A DNA stretch of 64,000 nt from Pirellulales bacterium (GTDB taxonomy: Bacteria > Planctomycetota > Planctomycetia > Pirellulales > JAICIG01): NCBI GenBank assembly GCA_040901675.1, contig JBBDYJ010000010.1:92876-156875 (forward strand), given 5' to 3'. The translations under genes were made by a program, and so were the position numbers. The notes beneath the pieces were generated by a model. The model searched no databases. It worked only from the letters and a program-made list of their open reading frames with translations, and was not told the DNA's origin. Position 1 is the first letter of the stretch. Each line of letters begins with the position of its first letter. Below, in pieces: positions 47,495 through 56,406 of the stretch.

Positions 47495-49495
47495 ATGAAC
47501 AACTTCGGCAGGGCCCTGCGGATGGCCCTGAAATACCGTCTCACGTTCATCTCGTCGCTTGTTTGCGCACTGGCCGTGGCGGTGCTGTGGGGCGGCAACA
47601 TCGGGGCGGTCTACCCGCTGGTCGAGATCATCGTCAAGGGCCGCTCGCTGCACGTATGGGCCAGCAACGGCATCAGCGAAGCCGAACGAAAGTCGCGGGA
47701 GCTGTCGAGCCGAATTGGCGAGATCGACCAACGACTGGCCCAGGCACCTGCCGGCCAGGCGACCAAGCTGACTGCCAGCAGGCGCGAGCTCGAATCGGAC
47801 CTGGAAGTGCAAACCCACGAACTCCAGAGGTGCCGCTGGCTGCTGGAGTACGTGATCGACCCCTGGCTGCCCAGCGACCCGTTCCAAACGCTGGTCGTCG
47901 TAGTCGGACTCCTGCTGGCCGGCACCATCGTCAAGAGCATCTTCTTCATCCTGCACCAGGTGCTGGTCGGACGGCTGGCGCAGTTGACCGTTTTCAACCT
48001 GCGCAAGCAGTTCTATCGCCGCACGCTGCGGATGGACCTGGCCACCTTCGGCGAGGACGGCACCAGCGAACTGATGAGCCGCTTCACCTACGACGTCGAA
48101 AGCCTGTCGTACGGCATCAGCGACTTCTTCGGCAAGCTGGTCCGCGAACCGCTCAAAATGATCGCCTGCCTGGTGGGGGCCGCCTGGATCTGCTGGCCGC
48201 TGCTGCTCTTGTCGCTGCTCTTGGCGCCGCTTTCGGCCTGGCTTGTCCGCTGGCTGGCCCGCCGGCTCAAACGAGCCAACCGCCGGGCCATGGAAGAGAT
48301 GTCGCAGATCTACAGCATCCTGGAGGAGACATTCCAGGGCATCAAGGCGGTCAAGGCCTTCACCATGGAGCGCAGCGAGCGCTGGCGGTTCCACCAGGTG
48401 AGCAAGAAGTTCCTGGTCAAGGCGCTGCGGATCGCCCGCTACGACTCGCTCACCCGGCCCATGACCGAAATCATGGGCATCGCCACGATCTGCATGGCCT
48501 TGTTGGCCGGGGCCTACCTGGTGCTGAACAAGGAGACGCACCTGCTGGGAATCCCCATGTGCTCGCAGCCGCTCAGTTTCAACGCCCTGGTGGTTTTTTA
48601 CGGGATGCTGGCGGGCGTGAGCGACCCGGCTCGCAAGCTGTCCGAGGTGTTCAGCCGCGTGCAGCGTGCGGCGGCCGCCAGCGATCGAATCTTCCAGCTC
48701 ATCGACCGCTCGCCGGCCATCGTCGATCCACCCCAGGCGCGGGCCCTGCCCCGGCACAGGCGGGAACTGGTCTTCGATCGCGTCGATTTCCATTACCACC
48801 CAGCACAAAAGGTGCTCCACGACGTGAACCTGCGGATCCGCTTCGGCGAAACGATCGCCGTCGTGGGACCCAACGGGTGCGGAAAAAGCACGCTGGCCAA
48901 TCTGATCCCCAGGTTCTTCGATCCGATCGCCGGCGCGGTCCTGATCGACGGCCTCGACCTGCGCGGCGTGCGGCTCCGCGACCTGCGCAGCCAGATCGGC
49001 CTGGTCACGCAGGAAACGCTGCTCTTCGACGACACGGTTTACAACAACATCCGCTACGGCTCGCCGCATGCCAGCAGCGACCAGGTGGTGCGGGCCGCCC
49101 AGCAGGCCCACGCGCATCGCTTTATCCTGGAACGCCTGGAACATGGCTACGACACGGTGGTCGGCGCTCGCGGCAGCCTGCTGTCGGGCGGACAGCGGCA
49201 GCGCATCGCGCTGGCCAGGGCCATCCTGCGCGACCCGGCCCTGCTGATCCTCGACGAAGCGACCAGCCAGGTGGACCTCGAGAGCGAGCAGGTCATCCAG
49301 CAAGTGCTGGAGCAGTTCATCCGGCACCGCACTACCGTGCTGATCACCCATCGCATGGCCACGCTCGCCTTGGCCGACCGAATCGTGGTGATGCAACTGG
49401 GCCGGATCTTGGATGTCGGCGCGCACGAAGAATTGATCCGGCGCTGCGAGCTGTACGCACGGCTGTACGACATTCAGTTCAAGGAAATCGCGTGA
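47495..49495 (+). CDS. ABC exporter, fused permease-ATPase (MsbA-like)
   Basis: TMD followed by GPNGCGKST, LSGGQRQR, LDEATS. Confidence 0.93.
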   Translation: MNNFGRALRMALKYRLTFISSLVCALAVAVLWGGNIGAVYPLVEIIVKGRSLHVWASNGISEAERKSRELSSRIGEIDQRLAQAPAGQATKLTASRRELESDLEVQTHELQRCRWLLEYVIDPWLPSDPFQTLVVVVGLLLAGTIVKSIFFILHQVLVGRLAQLTVFNLRKQFYRRTLRMDLATFGEDGTSELMSRFTYDVESLSYGISDFFGKLVREPLKMIACLVGAAWICWPLLLLSLLLAPLSAWLVRWLARRLKRANRRAMEEMSQIYSILEETFQGIKAVKAFTMERSERWRFHQVSKKFLVKALRIARYDSLTRPMTEIMGIATICMALLAGAYLVLNKETHLLGIPMCSQPLSFNALVVFYGMLAGVSDPARKLSEVFSRVQRAAAASDRIFQLIDRSPAIVDPPQARALPRHRRELVFDRVDFHYHPAQKVLHDVNLRIRFGETIAVVGPNGCGKSTLANLIPRFFDPIAGAVLIDGLDLRGVRLRDLRSQIGLVTQETLLFDDTVYNNIRYGSPHASSDQVVRAAQQAHAHRFILERLEHGYDTVVGARGSLLSGGQRQRIALARAILRDPALLILDEATSQVDLESEQVIQQVLEQFIRHRTTVLITHRMATLALADRIVVMQLGRILDVGAHEELIRRCELYARLYDIQFKEIA

Positions 49496-49532
49496 GGTAA
49501 GGACCGCCATCGCCGTCTGCCGCGTTGTGCTG

Positions 49533-49617
49533 ATTCTGCCTTCTTCCTTCTGCCTTCTGCCTTCTGCCTTCTTCCTTCCTCCTTCCTGCTTCTGCCTTCT
49601 GCCTTCTTCCTTCTGTC
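49533..49617. repeat. Heptamer tandem array (TTCTGCC/TTCTTCC)n
   Basis: About 12 imperfect units. Confidence 0.85.
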
Positions 49618-49630
49618 TGTCTTTGGTGTG

Positions 49631-49645
49631 TGGCACGGCCTTTGC
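49631..49645 (+). promoter_or_regulatory. sigma54 promoter with no downstream CDS
   Basis: TGGCACG-GCCT-TTGC, matching the consensus. Confidence 0.7.
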
Positions 49646-49656
49646 GTATGACTGGC

Positions 49657-49920
49657 TGCGTCCAGAGGAGGCAATTAGCTCTAGGGCCGGTAAATTACGG
49701 CTGGCGACAGCCTGGAGCGATCAAGTCCGGGGCCGGCGAGAAGAAGAGGCACTGCTGCAACGCTCGGTTGGGTCTAAAAGCTGGGAACGAAAGAAATTAC
49801 GGCTACTTTCGGAACAAGGGAAGCCGGCTTCCTGGCGGTGGCAAGCGAGTCATTGATCCAACCAAACAGGGACGGGTCGGGAGCCTGGCTCTGAGCCAGG
49901 TTCCCGTCTCGCCTGTTGTA
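49657..49920 (+). ncRNA. Candidate sigma54-dependent small RNA
   Basis: Lies between the sigma54 promoter and a strong hairpin at 49866-49916; no credible ORF. Confidence 0.4.
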
Positions 49921-49969
49921 GAAAGGCTGTAGCGTTTTTGAACATCTGTATCAAAACGATACACCGCCT

Positions 49970-50443
49970 TCAGTCGAGCATATACGGGCTGTCACCCACG
50001 TCTTCGTGACGGATCTCGTCGACCGCCTCCCGCTTGGCTTCACCCCGATAGAGGCGGTTTGGGCAGTTGATTACCCATCCCGGCCGATCGCTGACATTCT
50101 TGTACGCGTGTACCACGCCGGGCGGAATCAAAACGGCCTGGCGGTTCGATTCCCCGACGGAGGCGACGTGGCGGCATCCGTACGTGGGCGAGGCGGTACG
50201 AGCGTCCCACAGGTAGAGCTTGAAATCGCCCGGCCCGATGAAGGCGAAGTAGTCCGACTGCTCGACGTGCTCGTGCGGGCCGCGAGCCACGCCCGGCAGC
50301 GTCTCGCTCACGTAGCTCATCGTGGGCCGGTCGGCGGCGGCCATCTCGTCCTCGCGGAACAACTCGATCAACCAGCCGCGCGCGTCGCAGTAGCGATCGA
50401 GCGTTTTGAACACCACGCCTTGAATCAACCCGATGCGAAACAT
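49970..50443 (-). CDS. dTDP-4-dehydrorhamnose 3,5-epimerase family (RmlC-like cupin)
   Basis: D.RGW..E, RGPHEH, D.R..SPTYG, IPPGV.H.Y. Confidence 0.88.
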   Translation of the reverse strand: MFRIGLIQGVVFKTLDRYCDARGWLIELFREDEMAAADRPTMSYVSETLPGVARGPHEHVEQSDYFAFIGPGDFKLYLWDARTASPTYGCRHVASVGESNRQAVLIPPGVVHAYKNVSDRPGWVINCPNRLYRGEAKREAVDEIRHEDVGDSPYMLD

Positions 50444-50534
50444 GTTCTTCCCGGTTTTACGTCTGGTGGCGGGGAGCCGAAAAAAGCCCGTTTGCCGGCG
50501 GCGCTGATTCAGGAAAAAAGCGGTTGAAGCGACC

Positions 50535-50563
50535 TTGACCTCTCAGGCCGATTTCCATATTCT
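50535..50563 (+). promoter_or_regulatory. sigma70 promoter with no downstream CDS
   Basis: TTGACC-N17-TATTCT. Confidence 0.6.
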
Positions 50564-50567
50564 CCCC

Positions 50568-50903
50568 GCCTCACAAGCACATTTGGCCGCCGCTTGCGCG
50601 GCCGGCGTCGCATGGACGAAACAATCCGGAACCACGTGGTTGGGTCCGCATAGGGGCCGGCGCAAGCCTGCCCGCGGACCGCGAAGCGCGAAGCCGCCAG
50701 CAAGGATGCGGGCGGCACGCTTCGAATAGAGTGTGAGGCGGCGGACAGGGACGAACGTTTTGGCAGCGGTAGTGAGCCTCCCGATCGAGGCCGGCGGCCA
50801 GCTCCCGTGGCGTTTGACCTGTCGGCCGACAGCGTCCAATCGCTCCCGGAAACGGACGGCGTCCTCTGCCCCCCTGGGACCCGTTCTTTCCGGGGGCTTT
50901 TTA
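50568..50903 (+). ncRNA. Candidate structured sRNA with repeated ANGGAYG motifs (CsrB/Rsm-like)
   Basis: Promoter, multi-helix fold, 9 GGA triplets including four ANGGAYG, terminator. Confidence 0.55.
50868..50903 (+). terminator. Intrinsic terminator
   Basis: GCCCC..TGGGA/TTCCG.GGGGC stem followed by TTTTTA. Confidence 0.65.
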
Positions 50904-50979
50904 TAGCGCCGCTGGCGGTTCCATTTGCGTTGATGCCCCTTGCTCCTTGCGCGGTGGCGCTCGTTGGGCATGGCATTGG

Positions 50980-52239
50980 TCAGGAATGGACCTGCTCGAC
51001 TTCCATGAAGTGCTCCACGCCGTAGGCCTTGGCGATGACGACGACGCCCCCTTCGCTGACGGTGAAGCCGCGGGCCCGATCGTGGTCGTGGTCGTAGCCG
51101 ATCTCGGTGCCCGGCGGGATGTGAACCCCCTTGTCGATAATGGCGCGGCGGACCTTGGCGTGCCGGCCGATGTCGACCCCTTCGAACAGAATCGAGTCGG
51201 CGACGTGGGCGAAGCTGTTGATCCGGGTATTGGGTCCCAGGATCGACCGCTCGACGGAGCCCCCGCTCACAATCGAACCCAGGCAGACGATGCTGTCCAG
51301 GGCCTGCCCGCGGCGGGCGTTGGGCCCGGCCTCGGCGAACACGAACTTCGGCGGGGCAAACGTGGGGTGATAGGTGCGGACGGGCCAGCGATCGTCATAC
51401 ATGTTGAGTTGCGGATCGACCGAGACCAGGTCCATGTTGGCCTCGTAGTAGGCGTCCAACGTGCCCACGTCGCGCCAGTAGGCGTCGGTCTTGCGGTTCT
51501 CGTCCCTGAAGGGGAATACGAACACCCGGTGGGTGGCGATCAGCGAAGGGATGATGTCGCGGCCGAAGTCGTGCGCGCTGTGCTTGCGGGTGGCATCCTG
51601 GCAAAGTTGCTCGAACAGGAAGCGGGATGGAAACACGTAAATGCCCATCGAGGCCAGGATGTGCTTCTGGTCGCCCGGGATGGTCTTGGCGCCGGAAGCG
51701 GGCTTTTCCTGGAAGCCGGCGATCCGGCCGTCCGTCTCGGTCTGGATCACCCCAAAGTGAACCGCCTCCTCGACCGGCACCCGCAAGGCGCCTACCGTCA
51801 CGTCGGCTCCCTTGGCCTTGTGGGCCTCGACCAGCTTGAGGTAGTCCATCTTGTAGATGTGGTCGCCGGCCAGGATCACCACGTATTCGGGATGTTCTTT
51901 TTCCAGCGTGTAGATGTTCTGGTACACCGCGTCGGCCGTGCCCTTGTACCAGTGCTCGTCGATCCGCTGTTGGGGCGGCACCACGTCGATGAACTCGCCT
52001 AATTCACGGCACAAAAACCGCCGCCAGGCGATGTTGATGTGCCGGTCCAGGCTCATCGCCTTGTACTGGGTGAGCACCAGCATCTTCCTGAGCCCGCTGT
52101 TGAGGCAGTTGGACAGCGTGAAGTCGATGATCCGGTAGGCGCCGCCGAAGGGCACCGCCGGCTTGGCCCGGTCGCGCGTGAGAGGCTCCAGCCGTGCTCC
52201 TTTGCCGCCCGCCAAGACCACGGCCAAAACGCTTTCCAT
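50980..52239 (-). CDS. glgC: Glucose-1-phosphate adenylyltransferase
   Basis: LAGG.G.RL.PLT..RAKPAVPFGG, GTADAVYQN, FQEKP, YWRDVGT; GGAGG SD. Confidence 0.97.
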   Translation of the reverse strand: MESVLAVVLAGGKGARLEPLTRDRAKPAVPFGGAYRIIDFTLSNCLNSGLRKMLVLTQYKAMSLDRHINIAWRRFLCRELGEFIDVVPPQQRIDEHWYKGTADAVYQNIYTLEKEHPEYVVILAGDHIYKMDYLKLVEAHKAKGADVTVGALRVPVEEAVHFGVIQTETDGRIAGFQEKPASGAKTIPGDQKHILASMGIYVFPSRFLFEQLCQDATRKHSAHDFGRDIIPSLIATHRVFVFPFRDENRKTDAYWRDVGTLDAYYEANMDLVSVDPQLNMYDDRWPVRTYHPTFAPPKFVFAEAGPNARRGQALDSIVCLGSIVSGGSVERSILGPNTRINSFAHVADSILFEGVDIGRHAKVRRAIIDKGVHIPPGTEIGYDHDHDRARGFTVSEGGVVVIAKAYGVEHFMEVEQVHS

Positions 52240-52333
52240 GCCAGAACCTCCAAGTTGAATGGGGCCAGAATCCAAGACACGGCCAACGTGGGAGAAGGTC
52301 GGCCGGGCCCGCACGCGCACCGCCAAGCGGCGC

Positions 52334-54307
52334 TTAGTTTACCGCCTGCCGCCCGCCGGCTAAAGGGGCCTCGCCTCGCTGGCCGCCTCGGCCGTCCAGC
52401 CACTCGCGCTGCCAAAGCTCGAATACCAGCAGCGACCAGAGCCGATAGCTGTGATCGAATCGCCCCGCTTGATGGTCGTCCACCAGCAGCCGCACCGACT
52501 CAGGCCTGAAATACCCCCGCTCCAGGCTGTGGGCGTCCAACAGCACTTCGCGGACGTAGTCTTTCAGCTCGTGCCGGAACCAGTGGTCCAGCGGCACCCC
52601 AAAGCCCATCTTGGCCCGCCTTCGCACGACCCGGGGCAGCATCCCGCCGAAGGCCTCGATCAGGATCCGCTTGCCCCGGCCCCGCCGGTACTTCAGCGCC
52701 AGCGGCATGCCGGCGGCCAGCTCGACCACGTGGTGGTCCAAAAACGGCGCCCGGCACTCCAGGCCATGCGCCATCGAGGCCGTGTCGACCTTGGTCAGAA
52801 TGTCGCAGGGCAGGTAAGTCTGCAAGTCGACCAGGCTGGCGGCCGTCACCGGGTCGCGTCCCGCGCAGCGGGCAAAGGCGGTTTGCAGAAAGTCGAACGG
52901 ATCGCCCTCGCTCAAGCGAGGAATGAAGTCGTCGTGGTACAGCTCGGCCCGGCGGCCTTCGTTGAAGATCGAAACCCAGTCGAAATACCGGCGCGCGGGG
53001 GCTTGATCGAGCGCGCCGACCAGCCGCTTGAACCGCCGCAGCGGCGATTTTTGCCGTGGGCTGGCCGGCAGCCGCTGCCAGAGCCTGCTGGCCAGCAGGT
53101 GTTTGAACGGGCCGGGCAGCCGGTCGAACCAGCTCGCCAACTCCACCGCCCGGTAGCGCGGGTATCCGGCAAACAGCTCATCGCCGCCGTCGCCCGTCAG
53201 GGCCACGGTCACATGCTGCCGGGTCAGCTTCGCCACGTACCAGGTGGGAATGGCCGAGCTGTCGGCAAAGGGCTCATCGAAATGCCAAACGAGCTTGGGC
53301 AGGACGTCGAGGCAGTCGGCCTCGACGCGGAACTCCTGGTGGACCGTGCCCAGTTGCTGGGCCACGCGGCGGGCGAAGCTGGTCTCGTCGTACTCGGGCA
53401 CCGAGAAGCCGATGGAAAAAGTCCGCACCGGCTCCCGCGCCAGCTCGGTCATCAAGCCGACCACAATCGACGAGTCGACCCCGCCCGATAGAAACGCGCC
53501 CAGCGGCACTTCGCTTTCCAGCCGCCTGGCGACGGCCGCCCTGAGCGCCTCGCGCAGCTCGGCCACGTATTGTTCCGCGGGCGCGGGGCGCTCGCGGTCC
53601 AGCTCGGGACACCAGTAGCGTTCGACCCTCAGCCTGCCGTCGCGGTAGACGGCGTAGTGGGCCGGCGGCAGTTTCCTGAAGCCCTTCAGGATGGTGTGGG
53701 GGTGCGGGACGTACTGATAGGCCAGGTACTCGTCCAGGGCACTGGGGTCGACTTCGCACGGCAGGCCGGGCACTTCGAGCAGGCTCTTCAGTTCGCTGGC
53801 AAAGAGCAGCCGGCGCGGCTCGTAGCGGTAGACCAGCGGCTTCTTGCCCAGCCGGTCGCGGGCCAGCACGAGTTGACGATTCCTGGCATCCCAGATCGCC
53901 AGGGCGAACATGCCCTCCAGGTGTCGGACGAAGCCGGCCCCCTCGTCCTCATACAAGTGGACCAGCGTTTCCGTGTCGCTGGCGGTGCGGAACGTGTGTC
54001 CCGATCCTTCCAGTCGTTTGCGGAGCGTGCGGTAGTTGTAGATTTCGCCGTTGAAGACCACCCAAACGCTGCCGTCTTCGTTGGATAATGGCTGCGCGCC
54101 GCCGGCCACGTCGATAATCGACAGGCGCCGGAAGCCCAGCGCCACGCCGGCCACCGATCCCGGGTACGAGTGGCTCGCCACCTCGCTGGTATAGCACCCT
54201 TGGTCGTCCGGTCCGCGGTGCCTGAGCACCTCGGTCATCGAGAGCAGCGTCTCGTGCGCGAGCGGCTCGCCCGCCTCCGTCCAGACTCCCCCTGTAATTC
54301 CGCACAT
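52334..54307 (-). CDS. asnB: Asparagine synthase (glutamine-hydrolysing) family amidotransferase
   Basis: MCGI start, HRGPD, RRLSIID, FNGEIYN, LSGGVDSS, GDGGDELF. Confidence 0.93.
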   Translation of the reverse strand: MCGITGGVWTEAGEPLAHETLLSMTEVLRHRGPDDQGCYTSEVASHSYPGSVAGVALGFRRLSIIDVAGGAQPLSNEDGSVWVVFNGEIYNYRTLRKRLEGSGHTFRTASDTETLVHLYEDEGAGFVRHLEGMFALAIWDARNRQLVLARDRLGKKPLVYRYEPRRLLFASELKSLLEVPGLPCEVDPSALDEYLAYQYVPHPHTILKGFRKLPPAHYAVYRDGRLRVERYWCPELDRERPAPAEQYVAELREALRAAVARRLESEVPLGAFLSGGVDSSIVVGLMTELAREPVRTFSIGFSVPEYDETSFARRVAQQLGTVHQEFRVEADCLDVLPKLVWHFDEPFADSSAIPTWYVAKLTRQHVTVALTGDGGDELFAGYPRYRAVELASWFDRLPGPFKHLLASRLWQRLPASPRQKSPLRRFKRLVGALDQAPARRYFDWVSIFNEGRRAELYHDDFIPRLSEGDPFDFLQTAFARCAGRDPVTAASLVDLQTYLPCDILTKVDTASMAHGLECRAPFLDHHVVELAAGMPLALKYRRGRGKRILIEAFGGMLPRVVRRRAKMGFGVPLDHWFRHELKDYVREVLLDAHSLERGYFRPESVRLLVDDHQAGRFDHSYRLWSLLVFELWQREWLDGRGGQRGEAPLAGGRQAVN

Positions 54308-54372
54308 GTTCGTCGAGTCAAGAAGAGTTTCTTTAGAAGTAGCTCGGCACGAACACTCGCTGCGCCGGGGTG

Positions 54373-55644
54373 CTAGCGCGAGCTCTCCTCCACGCAATAA
54401 ACATGACCGAACGTCCGCAGAAAAATCTGCCCGTCGGACAGCGCGGGCGTCGAGTTGCTCGGCTCGCCCAGGTCGTTGCTGGCCAACAGCTCCAGCTTCT
54501 CCGCGTTCGGGGCGAAGACGTGCGTCGTGCCGGCCTGGTTCGTCACGTACAACCGGTCCTCGGCAGCCAGGATCGATCCCCATACGCCGCCACCAGGCAG
54601 GCGGTCTTTCCAGATCTCCTTGCCGGTCGCGAGCTCAAGGCACTGGGCGACGCCATCGGCGTTGGCCATGTAGACGTGCCGGTCGATGATCACGCCGGAG
54701 CCGATCCGCTGGGGATTTCGCTCGGCGACGTGCCACAAGCGATTGGTCTCGGTAATGTTGCCGGAGCCGCCCAACTTGAAGCCGATCGCCGGGCTGTGGT
54801 AGCCGCCCATGGCGACCGCCATCGGCCCCTCGACGAGGCACGACGTGTAGACCAGGTCGCCCAAGCCGTCGCAGCTCCAGAGCACCTCGCCGGTCCGCGG
54901 GTCATAGCCTTGCACGTGGCGCGGCAGGCTGACGATCACTTGCTCGCGCCCGTCGACCGTGGCCAGCACCGGCGTGCTCCACGAGCCGACCCAGATCGGC
55001 TTCTCCCCCGGCGTCTCCTGGCCTTCGTCACCACCGGGCTCGTCGACTTGCCAGATCGTCTCACCCGTGTCGGCGTCGATGGCCGTGACGAAAGTCCGCT
55101 TGCCGGGGCCGCAGTTCAATAAGATCGCGCCGGTCGCCTCGTGGAACACGGGCGAGGAGCCATAGCCCCAGATGTGCCGGAACGCTCCCAGGTCCCGCGA
55201 CCAGAGCTCGTTGCCCTCCAGGTCGTAGCAGAAGAGCCCGGCCGAGCCATGCCAGGCCACGATGCGCCGGCCGTCGCTGGCAGGCGACGAGCCGCAGTAG
55301 GGGTTGGTCTGGTGAGTGGGATCCTCGCTCTCGAACCGCACGACTTGCGACCACACCTGCCGGCCGCCGTTGCGATCGAAACAATAGAGTCCGCGGTCCT
55401 TGCCGCCGTCGCTGGCGCAGGTCACGAACACCCGCTTGCCTACCACGATCGGGCTGGAGTTACCCGGCCCGGGCAGCGGCGTCTTCCACTTGATGTTCTT
55501 GTCCGGCCCCCAACTGGTCGGCACCCCCTTTTCGTCCGAGATACCCGTGCCCGCCGGGCCGCGGAACGACATGAATTCGCCGCCGCCGGCCGAACCGGTC
55601 AGCGCCAGGAGCAGTCCGGCCGTCAAGACTTGCTTGCAGGTCAT
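54373..55644 (-). CDS. PQQ-binding-like beta-propeller (BamB-like) exported protein
   Basis: Signal peptide, FRGP.G.G, W...LPGPG.SSP, repeated G..W motifs. Confidence 0.9.
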   Translation of the reverse strand: MTCKQVLTAGLLLALTGSAGGGEFMSFRGPAGTGISDEKGVPTSWGPDKNIKWKTPLPGPGNSSPIVVGKRVFVTCASDGGKDRGLYCFDRNGGRQVWSQVVRFESEDPTHQTNPYCGSSPASDGRRIVAWHGSAGLFCYDLEGNELWSRDLGAFRHIWGYGSSPVFHEATGAILLNCGPGKRTFVTAIDADTGETIWQVDEPGGDEGQETPGEKPIWVGSWSTPVLATVDGREQVIVSLPRHVQGYDPRTGEVLWSCDGLGDLVYTSCLVEGPMAVAMGGYHSPAIGFKLGGSGNITETNRLWHVAERNPQRIGSGVIIDRHVYMANADGVAQCLELATGKEIWKDRLPGGGVWGSILAAEDRLYVTNQAGTTHVFAPNAEKLELLASNDLGEPSNSTPALSDGQIFLRTFGHVYCVEESSR

Positions 55645-55911
55645 GCGAATCTCCAGAGTTTGCTCAAACACGAAATTGAGGGCAAGCCGGCGGTGCTGCT
55701 GCCTCGGCAGGCAGAACCCGCTCCGACAGTCTAACTCGAAAGCTATGCGATCAACCAGACCCGACCGAAGTACGTACCAATCGTCACGGCGTACATTGAC
55801 CCGTCGTCTAAGCTGCCGTAACATTCCAGTTGAAGCAGGCGCTGTCCAGGAAGTTAGGATCAAGCTCGCACCTGGCGGCCCGTGCAGCAACCACGCAAGT
55901 GGTCAAGGCTA

Positions 55912-56184
55912 ATGAACTATCTGCATTACCAGTTTGATCTTTCGCCGCACGACGCGATTCAAGTCGTTCTTGATCGTCAGGCGAACGTACGGCTGCTCGA
56001 TGAGGTGAATTACCAAAAATATCGCCGCGGCGAGCATCACCAATACTACGGTGGGCTGGCGAAGACAACCTCTGTCACGCTCGAGGCACCGCGAGAGGGG
56101 CGCTGGCATCTGGTAATTGATCTGGGTGGATATCCCGGCAGGGTCCGAGCCGCTGTTGAAAAGCTTAGCAAGGCCCAAGCTTGA
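55912..56184 (+). CDS. DUF1883 domain protein
   Basis: ANVRLLD..NY..YRRG....YYGG......L..P..G.WHLVIDLGG; lower GC than flanks. Confidence 0.8.
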   Translation: MNYLHYQFDLSPHDAIQVVLDRQANVRLLDEVNYQKYRRGEHHQYYGGLAKTTSVTLEAPREGRWHLVIDLGGYPGRVRAAVEKLSKAQA

Positions 56185-56193
56185 AGAGACGGC

Positions 56194-56406
56194 ATGGAAA
56201 ACCAGGACTTTGGGCCTGCCATTCGCCGCGCTCGCTTCGATCAGTTGACGCTGTACGAAATCTCCGATAACGAATTGGAGATTCTGGAACAGAGAACGTC
56301 AGTCTGTGCACGATGTTGTTGCCCAGATCAGGCGGAGATTGCCTCCCGAGGGCGCTCCAGCTCCACCAGTCGTTCGACCCGATCTGTAGGGCCGGACGTC
56401 TCCTAA
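56194..56406 (+). pseudogene. Probably truncated partner gene of DUF1883
   Basis: Plausible N-terminus (GPAIRRARFDQLTLYEISDNELEILE), then low-quality sequence running into the PKS stop. Confidence 0.4.

Noticed and set aside
49630..49932. 100-aa ORF in the sigma54 region
   Set aside because: Its start codons fall inside the -24/-12 promoter, there is no SD, and the composition is not protein-like.
50509..51025. ORFs 50509..50976, 50543..50971 and 50807..51025 in the glgC-rmlC gap
   Set aside because: They are Arg/Pro/Ala-rich with no motifs; the promoter, helices and terminator are better explained by an RNA gene.
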